Shown piece after piece: positions 1 to 10,107 of a stretch of DNA of 64,000 nucleotides. This stretch comes from Chloroflexota bacterium (GTDB lineage Bacteria; Chloroflexota; UBA11872; VXOZ01), in NCBI GenBank assembly GCA_965221905.1, contig OZ244922.1, positions 3,200,001 through 3,264,000 of the forward strand. The letters run 5' to 3'. A program made the translations under genes and the position numbers. Under the pieces are notes generated by a model. The model saw only the letters and a list, made by a program, of their open reading frames with translations. It did no database searches and was not told where the DNA came from. How positions within the stretch are numbered: position 1 is the stretch's first letter; every line of letters starts with the position of its first letter.

Positions 1-1
1 C

Positions 2-151
2 GCTGCCGGCAATGGCATTATAGTGGTCGTGAATAGCGGCGGGCGCATCGAAGTCGCCTTTCCCAATACGAGCGCGGCACGCGCGCTGAATATGGACGTT
101 GGCGAAGAGATTTTCGTGACCCCTGCACACTTGGAACATGAAGAAGAGTAG
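2..151 (+). CDS. C-terminal end of SAM-dependent chlorinase/fluorinase / SAM hydroxide adenosyltransferase (DUF62) family protein (5'-partial)
   Basis: Frame 2 reads ...GIIVVVNSGGRIEVAFPNTSAARALNMDVGEEIFV...*, resembling the NSxGxLEIA...SAA..L...G C-terminal motif of the family. Confidence 0.6.
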   Translation, partial: AAGNGIIVVVNSGGRIEVAFPNTSAARALNMDVGEEIFVTPAHLEHEEE

Positions 152-193
152 CGGTGCGCGGCGGTTAGACGGACTTGTAGAAGGAGGCAGCAC

Positions 194-934
194 ATGGGCA
201 CGCTCATGCCGGAACGCACCAAAGCGCTGACAGAGAGCAGCGACGCATTCTTGGCGTACCTCGCTGACTGGTACGCCGGTCTGGAACCGCTCGACGTGAA
301 AGCTGATTGGGCCGCGAACGGGATCGCGGCGAAAAATGTCGCCGTGCTTGTCGTGGACATGGTCAACGGTTTCTGTCATGCAGGCCCCTTGGCGGGGGAG
401 CGGGTGAAGGCGCTCATTCCACCGGTGCGGGCTGCGATTGAGCGCTGTTACGCCCTTGGCGTGCGCCACTTCCTGCTGCCGCAAGACACCCATCAACCCG
501 ACGCCTTGGAGTTTGCGCAGTTCGGTCCGCACTGCGTGGCGGGCGAGAGCGAATCCGATACCGTACCCGAACTCGCCGGCTCGCCTGCCGCCGCTGCCTT
601 TACGGTCGTGGAAAAAAACTCTCTGCACCCGGCATACGGCACCGGGCTTGCGGATTGGCTCGACCGGCATCCTGAGGTACGGTACTTTCTCGTCATTGGC
701 GACTTCACCGACCTCTGCGTCTACCAAACGGCAATGTACCTGCGTCTCGCGGCCAATTCCGCCCAGCGCGATTGTCAGGTGGTGGTACCGGAGAATTGCG
801 TGCAGACCTACGATCTGCCTGTTGCTCCCGCCCAAAGCATTGGCGCAATGCCGCACGACGGCGATCTGCTGCACCTTGTCTTTCTCTATCACATGGCGCT
901 GAACGGTGTGCGCATCGTAAAAGCAGTAGAATAA
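194..934 (+). CDS. Isochorismatase/nicotinamidase-family cysteine hydrolase
   Basis: VVDMVNGF, DTH, PHC, KNS and TDLCV motifs (Asp-Lys-Cys triad); AAGGAGG RBS. Confidence 0.9.
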   Translation: MGTLMPERTKALTESSDAFLAYLADWYAGLEPLDVKADWAANGIAAKNVAVLVVDMVNGFCHAGPLAGERVKALIPPVRAAIERCYALGVRHFLLPQDTHQPDALEFAQFGPHCVAGESESDTVPELAGSPAAAAFTVVEKNSLHPAYGTGLADWLDRHPEVRYFLVIGDFTDLCVYQTAMYLRLAANSAQRDCQVVVPENCVQTYDLPVAPAQSIGAMPHDGDLLHLVFLYHMALNGVRIVKAVE

Positions 935-959
935 CACCACATGGTCTTGCGCTCACTCT

Positions 960-1196
960 GGAGACCTTTGCATAACCCTTGCCGAGGCGAGAAAGTCCCC
1001 TCTCCCGGCGGGAGAGGGTTAGGGTGAGGGGGAATCCCCGCAATCAGGGCCATTTTCACCAATTTTGCACACTTACGTATAGGTCTTAGAGGTTGAAAGG
1101 ACAGGATAAGCAGGAATCCCCTCACCCCGGTCTATACACTCCCCATGGAGAGGGAGTAATTCTTGCGCCTCTGGCGGAAGCTACACAAAGGTCTCC
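960..1196. mobile_element. MITE-like non-autonomous element with terminal inverted repeats and internal REP-like hairpins
   Basis: GGAGACCTTTG (960-970) and CAAAGGTCTCC (1186-1196) are perfect inverted ends; internal CCCTCTCCC..GGGAGAGGG..GGGTGAGGG unit and an inverted copy; related copy at 21036-21249. Confidence 0.55.
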
Positions 1197-1371
1197 GCTG
1201 GGAGAAGGATGGGATGAGGGTGAGGATGACTTAACAGCAAGCCAACGCCAACTTCCCGCGCCCCTTGGATTCCGGCGCACGCCGGAATGACGTGGGCTAT
1301 TCCGAGAATTCCTGAAGGGCGAGAATTGTCTCCCACAGCGTTCAAAAGGAAATTGAGAGGAAATAGCTACC

Positions 1372-2280
1372 GTGAAACTTGTGCAATACTATGATGTCGA
1401 TCAGAGCATTCGTGTCGGCGTGGTGCAAAACGAGCAGGTCGTCGACATCACCGATCCGGCCCAAGACCTGACGACAACGCTTGATTTCGTTGACGAGGCC
1501 CGCCGGCAGCGGCGGTCGCTGGATGACGTAATCGCGGACCGGGTTGCCGAGGCGTCAGGCGGCGCGCACGCGTACGAAGAACTCCTGGAGCCGGGCGAAC
1601 CGAGGCTCACCATGCCCCTCTTCCCGCCGCAGGTCTGGGGCTGCGGCGTCACGTATCGCCGCAGTGCTGAGTTTCGCGATGGCGATATGGAAGGGCCGAT
1701 CGGAATTTACGATAAGGTGTACCGGTCGGATCGGCCGGAGATATTCTACAAAGGCGATACCCTGCACTGCGCGGGGCCGAATGAGCCAATCGGCATCCGC
1801 GTCGATTCCACGTTTACGGCGCCGGAACCGGAGCTGGCCTATGTGCTGGGCTACAATAACGAGATCATTGGGTATACGATCTGCGACGACGTTTCGGCCT
1901 GGGACATCGAGCGCGAGAATCCTCTCTACCTCCCGCAGTCCAAGATCTTCCTGGGGTGTACGGCCCTAGGGCCTACGCTGGTGACGGCCGGCGAACTCAC
2001 GGACCCGTATCACTTGGAGATTACGGCCCGCATTCGCCGCAACGGTGCAGTGATATTCGAGGGTTCGGCAAATACGGACCAGATTCGTCACCCCTTCGAG
2101 ACCCTTACCGCATATCTCGTTCGCAATAACCCGGTGCCGGTAGGCACGGTAGTGAGCACCGGCACGGGCATCATCGTGACCGAGGAAGCCGCATTGCGCG
2201 AGGGCGACGTTGTGGAGATCGAGATTGACGAAATCGGGCTGCTTTCCACACCTGTGCGCCAACTGACCGCTAAGGACTAG
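1372..2280 (+). CDS. Fumarylacetoacetate hydrolase family protein (2-keto-3-deoxy-pentonate dehydratase-like)
   Basis: VWGCGVTY, RPEIFYK, PEPEL, DDVSAWDIERENPLYLPQSK and STGTG motifs. Confidence 0.9.
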   Translation: MKLVQYYDVDQSIRVGVVQNEQVVDITDPAQDLTTTLDFVDEARRQRRSLDDVIADRVAEASGGAHAYEELLEPGEPRLTMPLFPPQVWGCGVTYRRSAEFRDGDMEGPIGIYDKVYRSDRPEIFYKGDTLHCAGPNEPIGIRVDSTFTAPEPELAYVLGYNNEIIGYTICDDVSAWDIERENPLYLPQSKIFLGCTALGPTLVTAGELTDPYHLEITARIRRNGAVIFEGSANTDQIRHPFETLTAYLVRNNPVPVGTVVSTGTGIIVTEEAALREGDVVEIEIDEIGLLSTPVRQLTAKD

Positions 2281-2454
2281 GCTTCTTCAGATCATCAAGA
2301 ATGAGCAGCCCCTGTTGCTGTGAAGACAGTTAATGGACCGGTCGTCATTCCCGCTTGTGCGGAATTGACGAGCTATTTTCCGCTGGCTGACACGAGCACA
2401 ACTGGGGTCAAGTGCGAGTGAGATAGCGATAGGCAGTTTAGAGCAAGTAACGTC

Positions 2455-3153
2455 ATGAGCACCACACTCGCACCGACGATCGGCACGTATCAGGAAAAAT
2501 CACTGCACGCGGCGCTCAAGGCTTGGTACGCCGCGCCCGGCGATAGAACGGAACAGCCCGTAGACGGCTACGTGGCGGACCTGGTACGCGGCGACGAACT
2601 CATCGAGATTCAGACTCGGAACTTCGGCGCGCTGAAGCGCAAGCTCGCCATCCTTCTGCAGAGTCACACGGTGCGCCTGGTGCATCCAATCCCCACGCAG
2701 AAGTGGATCGTGCGGCTGGACCGGGACGGGACAACCGTGCTCAGCCGCCGCCGCTCGCCGAAGCGCGGCAGTGTCTTCGACGTTTTCGACGAGCTTGTGA
2801 GCATTCCCCGCCTCGTCGCTAATCCGCAGTTCTCGCTGGAGGTATTGCTCGTTGAGGTTGAGGAAACGCGCTGCCACGACGGCCGCGGCAGTTGGCGGCG
2901 GCGCGGCTGGAGCATCCACGATCAGATTCTCGTCGGCGTAGAGTCGCAACACCGCTTCAGTGGTCCCGCAGACTTTGCCGCCCTCTTGCCCGCGACACTG
3001 CCGGAACCGTTTACGAGCAGCGAGCTTGCCGCCAGCCTTGGTCTGCGCCACGCAAAAGGCCAAAAGATCGCCTACTGCCTGCGCCACATGGGAGCCATCC
3101 ACATTGTCGGCAAGCAGGTTAACGCTTACCGATATGAGCGGTCATCCCTGTAG
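2455..3153 (+). CDS. Conserved hypothetical protein with PD-(D/E)XK nuclease-like motif and possible C-terminal winged helix
   Basis: EKSLHAALK...E...ADL...IEIQT pattern; C-terminal FTSSELAASLG...YCL...G. Confidence 0.6.
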   Translation: MSTTLAPTIGTYQEKSLHAALKAWYAAPGDRTEQPVDGYVADLVRGDELIEIQTRNFGALKRKLAILLQSHTVRLVHPIPTQKWIVRLDRDGTTVLSRRRSPKRGSVFDVFDELVSIPRLVANPQFSLEVLLVEVEETRCHDGRGSWRRRGWSIHDQILVGVESQHRFSGPADFAALLPATLPEPFTSSELAASLGLRHAKGQKIAYCLRHMGAIHIVGKQVNAYRYERSSL

Positions 3154-3206
3154 CCGCTATTCTAGGCAAAGTGCCGCGGCCAGGAATCGCAGAATACCAA
3201 AGTCAC

Positions 3207-3246
3207 GCAGCAGCTACATCCACGTATGGGTGGATGTAGCTGCTGC
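3207..3246. terminator. Perfect 17-bp hairpin between convergent genes
   Basis: GCAGCAGCTACATCCAC-gtatgg-GTGGATGTAGCTGCTGC. Confidence 0.6.
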
Positions 3247-3331
3247 TCGCGCCTGCAACACAAAAAGAGAAGGAAGGCTGCTTTCACGCGTGGCCTTCCT
3301 TCTCTATTGCTTTCTTTGTGAAGGTAGTCAG

Positions 3332-4399
3332 CTACCCCAGCGGGAACGTCACCGGCGCGGGCGAAATCTTGCCGGCCTTCTGAATGCCGACGGCGATTTC
3401 CAGCGCGTGGCGCGCCTCGTCGCCAGTGATGGCCGGCGGGCGGTTCTCGTGGATCGCCTGCACCATGTCTTCCACTTGAACCTTATGGCCGTTCCAACCT
3501 TTGACCGTGGGGTCGGCGGCAGCGGTCATGCGCGCGGAGTAGCCGGACTTCATCTCCTGCTCCTCCTCTTCTTCCCGGTCGCCCTGGATGCGCCAGGTTT
3601 CGACACCGGCGTTGGTCAGGCAGATGCTGCCCTTCTCGCCAAAGAAGTGGAAGTTGTGGTCGAGGCCGGGATAGGCCGACGTGGTGAAGACCATGTTACC
3701 GAACGCGCCGCTGGCAAAGCGCGTGTTCACCACGGCCAGGTCTTCCGTCTCGATATCGTGGGTAAAGGTGCCAATCTGGGCCGTCAGCGATTCCACGGGG
3801 CCCATGATCCACTGGAGCAGATCGATGCTGTGGATGCCTTGGTTCATGGAGGCGCCGCCGCCATCAAACTTGAACGTGCCGCGCCAACTGACCGGACCCC
3901 CGCCGGAAAAATACTCCGACGTGCGCAGCCAGTAGAGCTGCACGTCGGCGTAGAAGACGCGTCCCAAACGGCCGGAGGCAATGGTCTCTTTCACTTTGGC
4001 ATAGAGCGGATGGAGGCGCGATTGAAAGATCGCCGCCAGCTTTACGTTGTTCTCGCGGCATGCCGCGATGAGCGCGTCCGCCTTTTCAAGGGTTACGTCC
4101 AGCGGCTTCTCGCAAATCACGTGCTTGCCAGCTTCCGCGACTTGGATACCCAGTTCGGCGTGGGTGCCGGTGGGCGTGCAAATGTTGACCACTTGCACCG
4201 TATCGTCGGCCAGCAGCTCCGCCACGGAACCATAAGCCGTGACGTTATGCTTCCCCGCGAGGCCCACGGCGAATTGCGGCTCCATATCGGCGATGCCGAT
4301 CAACTGCGCACCCGCGGCGTCCTTGATCGCCTGCGTGTGGGAACCGGCTATGCCCCCGGCGCCAATCACGCCAAAGCCAATGTCCTGTTGTGTCGCCAT
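3332..4399 (-). CDS. Gfo/Idh/MocA family oxidoreductase
   Basis: GVIGAGGI, CEKP and GGGASMNQGIHSID motifs; start set at MATQQ after GGAGG. Confidence 0.9.
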   Translation of the reverse strand: MATQQDIGFGVIGAGGIAGSHTQAIKDAAGAQLIGIADMEPQFAVGLAGKHNVTAYGSVAELLADDTVQVVNICTPTGTHAELGIQVAEAGKHVICEKPLDVTLEKADALIAACRENNVKLAAIFQSRLHPLYAKVKETIASGRLGRVFYADVQLYWLRTSEYFSGGGPVSWRGTFKFDGGGASMNQGIHSIDLLQWIMGPVESLTAQIGTFTHDIETEDLAVVNTRFASGAFGNMVFTTSAYPGLDHNFHFFGEKGSICLTNAGVETWRIQGDREEEEEQEMKSGYSARMTAAADPTVKGWNGHKVQVEDMVQAIHENRPPAITGDEARHALEIAVGIQKAGKISPAPVTFPLG

Positions 4400-4685
4400 C
4401 TCGTACCGTCCTCCTTCTGCTCGCTCACGTTTAGCATTCTTCGCCCCGCCCTCGCCATTATCGTCGGGCAAAGCTTGCACACTACATGCTATCCCTAACT
4501 CACCTCGACGTATCGTCCGGTGCTTCGATCCTTCGACAAGCTCAGCACATGCAAGCTAGGACACACAAGCCCAGCACAAATTGTCTCTTTCCCCTTGCCG
4601 TTCGCCCCCGTATCGAGGTACGGGGCAGGCTCTGAGCCTGTCGCAGGGCATCTCTACTCGCAAAGCCGCTAATGCAAAACATACA

Positions 4686-5987
4686 CTACGCCACTTCCGA
4701 ATGCTGTACGTCTACTGTCAGCGTACTATCGCGATGGGGACCGACACCCACCATGCAGATTCTAACGCCGCCGGCCAATTCGCTAATGCGTTCCAAGTAC
4801 GCCTGAGCGTTGGGTGGAAGCTCGTGCCACATGCGCGCGCCGGTGGTTGGCTCCTGCCAACCGGGCATTTCTTCATAAATGGGCCGCGCGCGGGCCATCA
4901 CCCGTGTGTCCGGCACCGTCTCGTGGCGTGTGCCGTCCACGTCATAGGCAACGCAGACCTTGAGCGTCGGTAGTTGGTCGAGCACGTCAATCTTGGTGAC
5001 GGCAATCGACGAGAAGCCGCAGAGTTCGGCGGCATAGCGCACGGCCACGGCATCGAACCAGCCGCAGCGGCGGGGCCGTCCGGTAGTAGCGCCGTATTCC
5101 TCGCCAACTTCCCGCAGGGTCTCGCCCATCTCGCCGGTAAGCTCCGTCGGCACCGGGCCTTCGCCGACCGCCGTGGTGTAGGCTTTCACCACACCGATGA
5201 TGTTCTTAATCTTATGCGGCGGCACACCTGCGCCGGTGGCACTGCCGCCAGCGATTGGCGACGAGGACGTGACGTATGGGTAGATGCCCCAATCAATATC
5301 ACGCAGCGCGCCAAGCTGGCCCTCCAGGAGAATTGTCCTATCCTCTTGCAACGCCCGCTGCACCATCGGATGGGTATTCCTAATGTACGGCGTAAGCTCT
5401 TTGCCCCACGCCACTAGCTGTTCGAGTATATCCGCATATGAAAGCGGATCGTGGTCGTATACTCGCGTGAGGAGGCGATTCTTAACCGCCAAAATGTGGC
5501 GCAAGTATTCGCGCAGGTGCGTCGCATCGGTAAGATCGCCAATGCGCAACCCCACGCGCGCCGCCTTGTCCGTATAGCAGGGCCCAATGCCGCGTTTGGT
5601 GGTGCCCTGCGCGTTCTTACCGCGCGCCTCTTCCTCCAAGCCGTCGAGCAGCACGTGATACGGCATCACCACCTGCGCCCGCTCCGATATGTGCACGCGG
5701 CTGGGCGGAGTCTCCACACCGGCGTCATTCAGCAACTTCATCTCTGTGAGGACTGACTGCGGATTGATAGCCATGCCGGCGCCGAGCACGTTATGCACGT
5801 GGGGGTAGAATACCCCACAGGGAAGGAGATGCAGCGCGAACTTGCCATGGTTGTTGACAACAGTATGGCCTGCGTTGTCCCCGCCCTGGTAGCGAATCAC
5901 CATGTGGGCCTGCGAAGCCAATACGTCTACTACGCGCCCCTTGCCCTCATCTCCCCACTGGGCTCCAACCACGGCTGTAACTGGCAT
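4686..5987 (-). CDS. purA: Adenylosuccinate synthetase
   Basis: GAQWGDEGKG, QGGDNAGHT, GTTKRGIGP and EYGATTGRPRRCGW motifs. Confidence 0.97.
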   Translation of the reverse strand: MPVTAVVGAQWGDEGKGRVVDVLASQAHMVIRYQGGDNAGHTVVNNHGKFALHLLPCGVFYPHVHNVLGAGMAINPQSVLTEMKLLNDAGVETPPSRVHISERAQVVMPYHVLLDGLEEEARGKNAQGTTKRGIGPCYTDKAARVGLRIGDLTDATHLREYLRHILAVKNRLLTRVYDHDPLSYADILEQLVAWGKELTPYIRNTHPMVQRALQEDRTILLEGQLGALRDIDWGIYPYVTSSSPIAGGSATGAGVPPHKIKNIIGVVKAYTTAVGEGPVPTELTGEMGETLREVGEEYGATTGRPRRCGWFDAVAVRYAAELCGFSSIAVTKIDVLDQLPTLKVCVAYDVDGTRHETVPDTRVMARARPIYEEMPGWQEPTTGARMWHELPPNAQAYLERISELAGGVRICMVGVGPHRDSTLTVDVQHSEVA

Positions 5988-6151
5988 GGATGCCTCCCTC
6001 AACACAAGCTAAACCAAGCCCTCAGTCTAGCAGAAATACCGTACCCCGGCATCACCGGCGTGATGCGCCATTGCTCATGATACCCTATGCCCGCGCGCCG
6101 GACAAACCACGTGCATAGATCGGAGCACTTGGCCTCAAGAGTAATTGACAG

Positions 6152-6769
6152 TTAGTGTTTGTCCGTTGCCAATCTGTCTCCCGGACTTTCGTGCGTAGCA
6201 TCCAACGAGACAGCCAGCAGCAATCCGCCAATGAGCAAGAAAGCGCCCAGCGCCATTACGGGTATAGAAATCAAACCGAACTCGCGCACCCACATGGCGT
6301 TGCAGGGAGCTTCCGCGCTGCAGCTTGTCGCCTGTTGCAGGCTGGGCACTCGTTGCACCAGCGCATGGTAGAACGCGAGAGCCGCGCCGATGCCGGCCAG
6401 CGGCAGCGCGTACCAGCGCACGGCGCGATCATCGCGGAGAGCGCCGATGCCAAGGACGATGACCAGCGGATACATAGCGATGCGCTGCAGCCAACAGAGC
6501 GTGCAGGGCGGAAAGTGGGAAACCTCGGAGAGGTACAGGCTCCCGAGGGTCGCCACCAGGGACACGATCCACGCCAGGCCGAGCGCAGAATCTTGGACGT
6601 GGGCCCACAAACGCGCCGAGGGACTCAAGGGCAAAGAGGGCTCAGTTCGCGCCAGGAAATGCCACAATCCTACGACGGCAAGCAGCGCAACGACCGCATA
6701 GGCGAACAACGTAAGCAGCGCAAGAGCTTGGGGTACGGTCCACACGTCGTATGGCGCTCCTTCATCCAA
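6152..6769 (-). CDS. Disulfide bond formation protein B (DsbB/BdbC family)
   Basis: PCTLCWLQRIAMYP motif, second Cys pair (SCSAEAPC), several TM helices. Confidence 0.9.
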   Translation of the reverse strand: MDEGAPYDVWTVPQALALLTLFAYAVVALLAVVGLWHFLARTEPSLPLSPSARLWAHVQDSALGLAWIVSLVATLGSLYLSEVSHFPPCTLCWLQRIAMYPLVIVLGIGALRDDRAVRWYALPLAGIGAALAFYHALVQRVPSLQQATSCSAEAPCNAMWVREFGLISIPVMALGAFLLIGGLLLAVSLDATHESPGDRLATDKH

Positions 6770-6848
6770 CCGGAGTACGTCACATTAGCCGCTTCCCGCC
6801 GCCAACCGCCGTGGCAGTCCTCAAAGGCTTCCAGCCGGATTCGGACTC

Positions 6849-8078
6849 TTATGTCGACACCATTGTCCGTTTTTCAACGGGGTGCACGGCCAAGCGGCCC
6901 ACGGGCGGCAGCGAGTCTCCAATTAGCGGCAGGGCATAGTCGCGGAATGATTCAGACGGCATGTTGCCGTCCTTATTGATGAAGGCGCGGGGTACACAAT
7001 TCTCGGCGTTGGCTACTGCCGCCAGAGGCGCTGTACCGGTCGTTGATTGGTAAGGATCGTTACTCGTGCGCTCCAGGGTGATCATGACGCCGCCGGCCCC
7101 GCCAATCGCCTCCTGCACTGCTGCCCGGCCGACCGTATAGGCCTCTTCGCGATCCACCGTGGAGGCAGCAACCATCGAAGACCGTTGCAAGGTGCCGGGT
7201 CGATTTGCCCGCGCCTTTATCCCCAACCGTTCCCGCACACGCCGCGCCAGGTAGTTGGCACTCCCCGCGACAATGATGTGGCCGAAGGAATCGGAGTTCA
7301 CGGTAGCCTCGGAGAGTCCCACAATCTCGCCCTCTGCCGTCTTCAACATCTCCGCCACCGCCACCGTGGCAAACCCAAATTTCACAAAACAGCGCGAGAC
7401 ATCATCGAGAAAGCGCTCTTCGCTAAACGGGACCTCAGGCAGATACACCAAGTGCGGGGGATCGATCTCGTCCGCTTTGCCCAAACAGCTCGCAGCGGTC
7501 AGCCATCCGGCATGACGCCCCATGCTCTCGTAGAGCGCGACCCTATCGTAGCCTGCCATTGCCTCGACATCCCGTCCCATGTCGCGCACTGACAAGGCGC
7601 AGTAGCGAGCGGCGCTGCCGTAGCCTGGGGAGTGGTCGGTGTACATAAGATCGTTGTCTATGGTCTTCGGCACGCCGATCACGCAGAGTTCGTAGCCCTC
7701 GCGCTCGGCCATGTCGGCGATGCGCTGGCTCGTATCCATTGAGTCATTGCCGCCGTTGTAGAGGAAATACCGGATGTTGTGGGCGCGAAACACCTCGAGG
7801 ATGCGCGTGTAGTCGTCCGGCCGCAGTTTGCGGCGGCAGGAACCCAAAGCGGCAGCCGGCGTATGCTTGATGCGCTCCAGCAGTTCCTCGCTCACCCCTC
7901 CCAAGTCCATCAAGTCTTCCTTCAACAAGCCTTCAACGCCGTGCCGCAAGCCATAGATATTCTCAATGGCAGCATGCTTGCCCGCCTCATGCAACACGCC
8001 CACCAGGGTTGCATTGATGACAGCGGTAGGCCCTCCCGATTGACCCACTGCCAAATTGCCGCGCAGAGTGGAAGGCAT
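6849..8078 (-). CDS. pfp: 6-phosphofructokinase, likely PPi-dependent
   Basis: QSGGPTAVINA, GGNDSMDT, PKTIDNDL and MGRHAGWL motifs; Asp in GGxD plus Lys in PKTIDND is the PPi-type signature. Confidence 0.88.
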   Translation of the reverse strand: MPSTLRGNLAVGQSGGPTAVINATLVGVLHEAGKHAAIENIYGLRHGVEGLLKEDLMDLGGVSEELLERIKHTPAAALGSCRRKLRPDDYTRILEVFRAHNIRYFLYNGGNDSMDTSQRIADMAEREGYELCVIGVPKTIDNDLMYTDHSPGYGSAARYCALSVRDMGRDVEAMAGYDRVALYESMGRHAGWLTAASCLGKADEIDPPHLVYLPEVPFSEERFLDDVSRCFVKFGFATVAVAEMLKTAEGEIVGLSEATVNSDSFGHIIVAGSANYLARRVRERLGIKARANRPGTLQRSSMVAASTVDREEAYTVGRAAVQEAIGGAGGVMITLERTSNDPYQSTTGTAPLAAVANAENCVPRAFINKDGNMPSESFRDYALPLIGDSLPPVGRLAVHPVEKRTMVST

Positions 8079-8102
8079 GGAAGATTTCTTACTCCTCTCG
8101 TA

Positions 8103-9143
8103 TCACGCAAGTGCGTACTTTGTCAACATATCGATATTTTGATCGCGATATCGAGGCAATCTGCCCAAGGCGTCGTCTGCGCTGATGCCGTGGTGAATAA
8201 TCTCACTGATAACCGTGCCCACTGCCAGAGGGTCATCCTGCCCAGGATAGAGCACGTTGCGTCCCACCATAGCCCCGCGCACGTTCGGACCGCCGCTCAA
8301 GCCGCGGGCAAACTCGCGAATCGTCGGTTCGGGATCATTATGCGACGCGCCGCCAAGCATCAAGAGCGGCATGGTCGTCGCCCGCACCACGCGCTCGTAG
8401 TCCTCACACACGGGAATCTTCAGCCACGTGCGCGCCGTATTGCCGCCCAAACCCGACAGCACGCCGATCTGCTTGAGCAGTTCGATGGGGTCCTTGACCG
8501 GTTGGTAACCGTTTTCCGTCCGCTTGACCGGCAGCGGCTCCAGGAAACTCGGCAGGCCCATCGCGCTCAGTTCGCTGACCGCCTCCGCTATATACATGAG
8601 AGTCTTGCCGGAACCCGGCTCATTTGGATCGAGACGCCACAGCACCTTGGCTCCATCCAGGTTCGCCTCGGCGATACCTTCGGCGGTGTAGGCGCTCATA
8701 TCGTCATCCATCTCGAAGACCGTGTTTGAAAGCCCGGAGCGGTTCATCGAACCCAGCAAGACCTTGCCATCCAAGAAGCTCGGTCCGCCGCCCTGCTTTA
8801 CGAGGTAATTGACGATGAAAACGTCGTCTAGAACGTCCGGTGTGGCCATGAGGCCGTCAACCAAGTCACCCATCAACGGCCGCAGCACGCGGCCCAAGTA
8901 CGTATGGCGGTCCGTCATTCCCAATGGGTCGGTGGGCGTGGCGGTGGACATGCGGGCGGGATGATCCGCCGCCAAGATGACGAGTTTGCCGTCCGGCGCT
9001 AACTGCCGGCGTCGCTTGCGCGAGCGCTGCTCCAAGGCCACGATTTCGGGCTTGTCCACCCGTACGTCAGTGATGCGCCAAAACACGTCTTCGGGGAAAA
9101 ATCGATCGAGATTAAATTCGTACGTACGCGACGCCTCTGCCAT
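8103..9143 (-). CDS. Class I aldolase-like TIM barrel (Cgl0159/DeoC-FbaB-like)
   Basis: LAADHPAR, GSMNRSGL, FEMDD, TWLKIP and VGRNVLYP motifs. Confidence 0.8.
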   Translation of the reverse strand: MAEASRTYEFNLDRFFPEDVFWRITDVRVDKPEIVALEQRSRKRRRQLAPDGKLVILAADHPARMSTATPTDPLGMTDRHTYLGRVLRPLMGDLVDGLMATPDVLDDVFIVNYLVKQGGGPSFLDGKVLLGSMNRSGLSNTVFEMDDDMSAYTAEGIAEANLDGAKVLWRLDPNEPGSGKTLMYIAEAVSELSAMGLPSFLEPLPVKRTENGYQPVKDPIELLKQIGVLSGLGGNTARTWLKIPVCEDYERVVRATTMPLLMLGGASHNDPEPTIREFARGLSGGPNVRGAMVGRNVLYPGQDDPLAVGTVISEIIHHGISADDALGRLPRYRDQNIDMLTKYALA

Positions 9144-9457
9144 GTAGTGCCTCCGGTGACAATCGTGCAGTGTGCATGCCCGCACTCCATCTTATACCAA
9201 TTCAATTTGCCTACGCTACACATTGCATATAGCGCAGCATTACCATTCGTCGTTACTCTGTGTACGGAAGGAAAACTCCCGTTCCAAATTCGGAGATTGG
9301 CAGAATGCCGGTTAGGTCAATTGCCAGGACAGTATGCGGCAATCATGGTTCGCGTGAATAACCGGCAAAGAAAGCATATCATGGTCTATTGGGTGCAAGT
9401 CCTCGATCAGCAAGGAACAGTGCCGGCCCATTTGTAAGGAATAAGAGAAAGTCCTAG

Positions 9458-9877
9458 ATGCCTGATAGCTCTAGTCCGCAGCCCCACGTGCCCGCTGAAA
9501 CCAAAGGACGGCACAAGACCATCGCCGTCGTTGCCGGGGAATGGCACCTGCGAGCACTCGTCCGCGCTGCCATTGAGAACAAGCGCACGAGCGTTGTCGA
9601 GGCGTCGTCTTTGCAAGCACTGAACGCGCTGGCCCACGACGAACGTCTTGCCCTTGTAATTCTGGATGCCGACCTCGCGCCTGACAACACGGTGCCTGAT
9701 TATGCCCCGCTCTTTTGTGACCCCGTGTTCGCGGCCATACCGCTAATCGTTCTCACCGACCGCACCGCGCGTGACGTTACGGCACTCACCGGCGCAAGTC
9801 AGCAGGTTCGCACGCTCTACAAGCACTTCAGCCCCTTCGAACTCCTAAACATCGTGTACACGCTCACGGGCTATTAA
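9458..9877 (+). CDS. Single-domain response-regulator receiver, atypical
   Basis: CheY-like pattern LVILD, IPLIVLT, KHFSPFEL; N-terminal acidic pair altered. Confidence 0.7.
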   Translation: MPDSSSPQPHVPAETKGRHKTIAVVAGEWHLRALVRAAIENKRTSVVEASSLQALNALAHDERLALVILDADLAPDNTVPDYAPLFCDPVFAAIPLIVLTDRTARDVTALTGASQQVRTLYKHFSPFELLNIVYTLTGY

Positions 9878-10107
9878 ACTCCCGACTGGGGTTTAAGGCT
9901 GTTGGCAGTGCTTGTTCGCTACAACTGGAAGCTTCTTCGACATCCTAATCCCAAAAGTAGGAACTTGACTGTGCGGGCCGTTCCAATCTCGTTGCAGGCG
10001 AGACAGGGGTATGCCATGCTAGACGCACGAGCGGCATTGAGTCACTCGTGCTGGCGGAAGCAGTGACAGGGATAGTCCAGCGGCCTTTCACGTGCAAGGA
10101 ATAAGAC

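Noticed and set aside
2960-4498. 512-aa + strand ORF and many similar long overlapping ORFs
   Set aside because: Antisense or alternative-frame shadows of real genes, typical of high-GC DNA; no recognisable motifs
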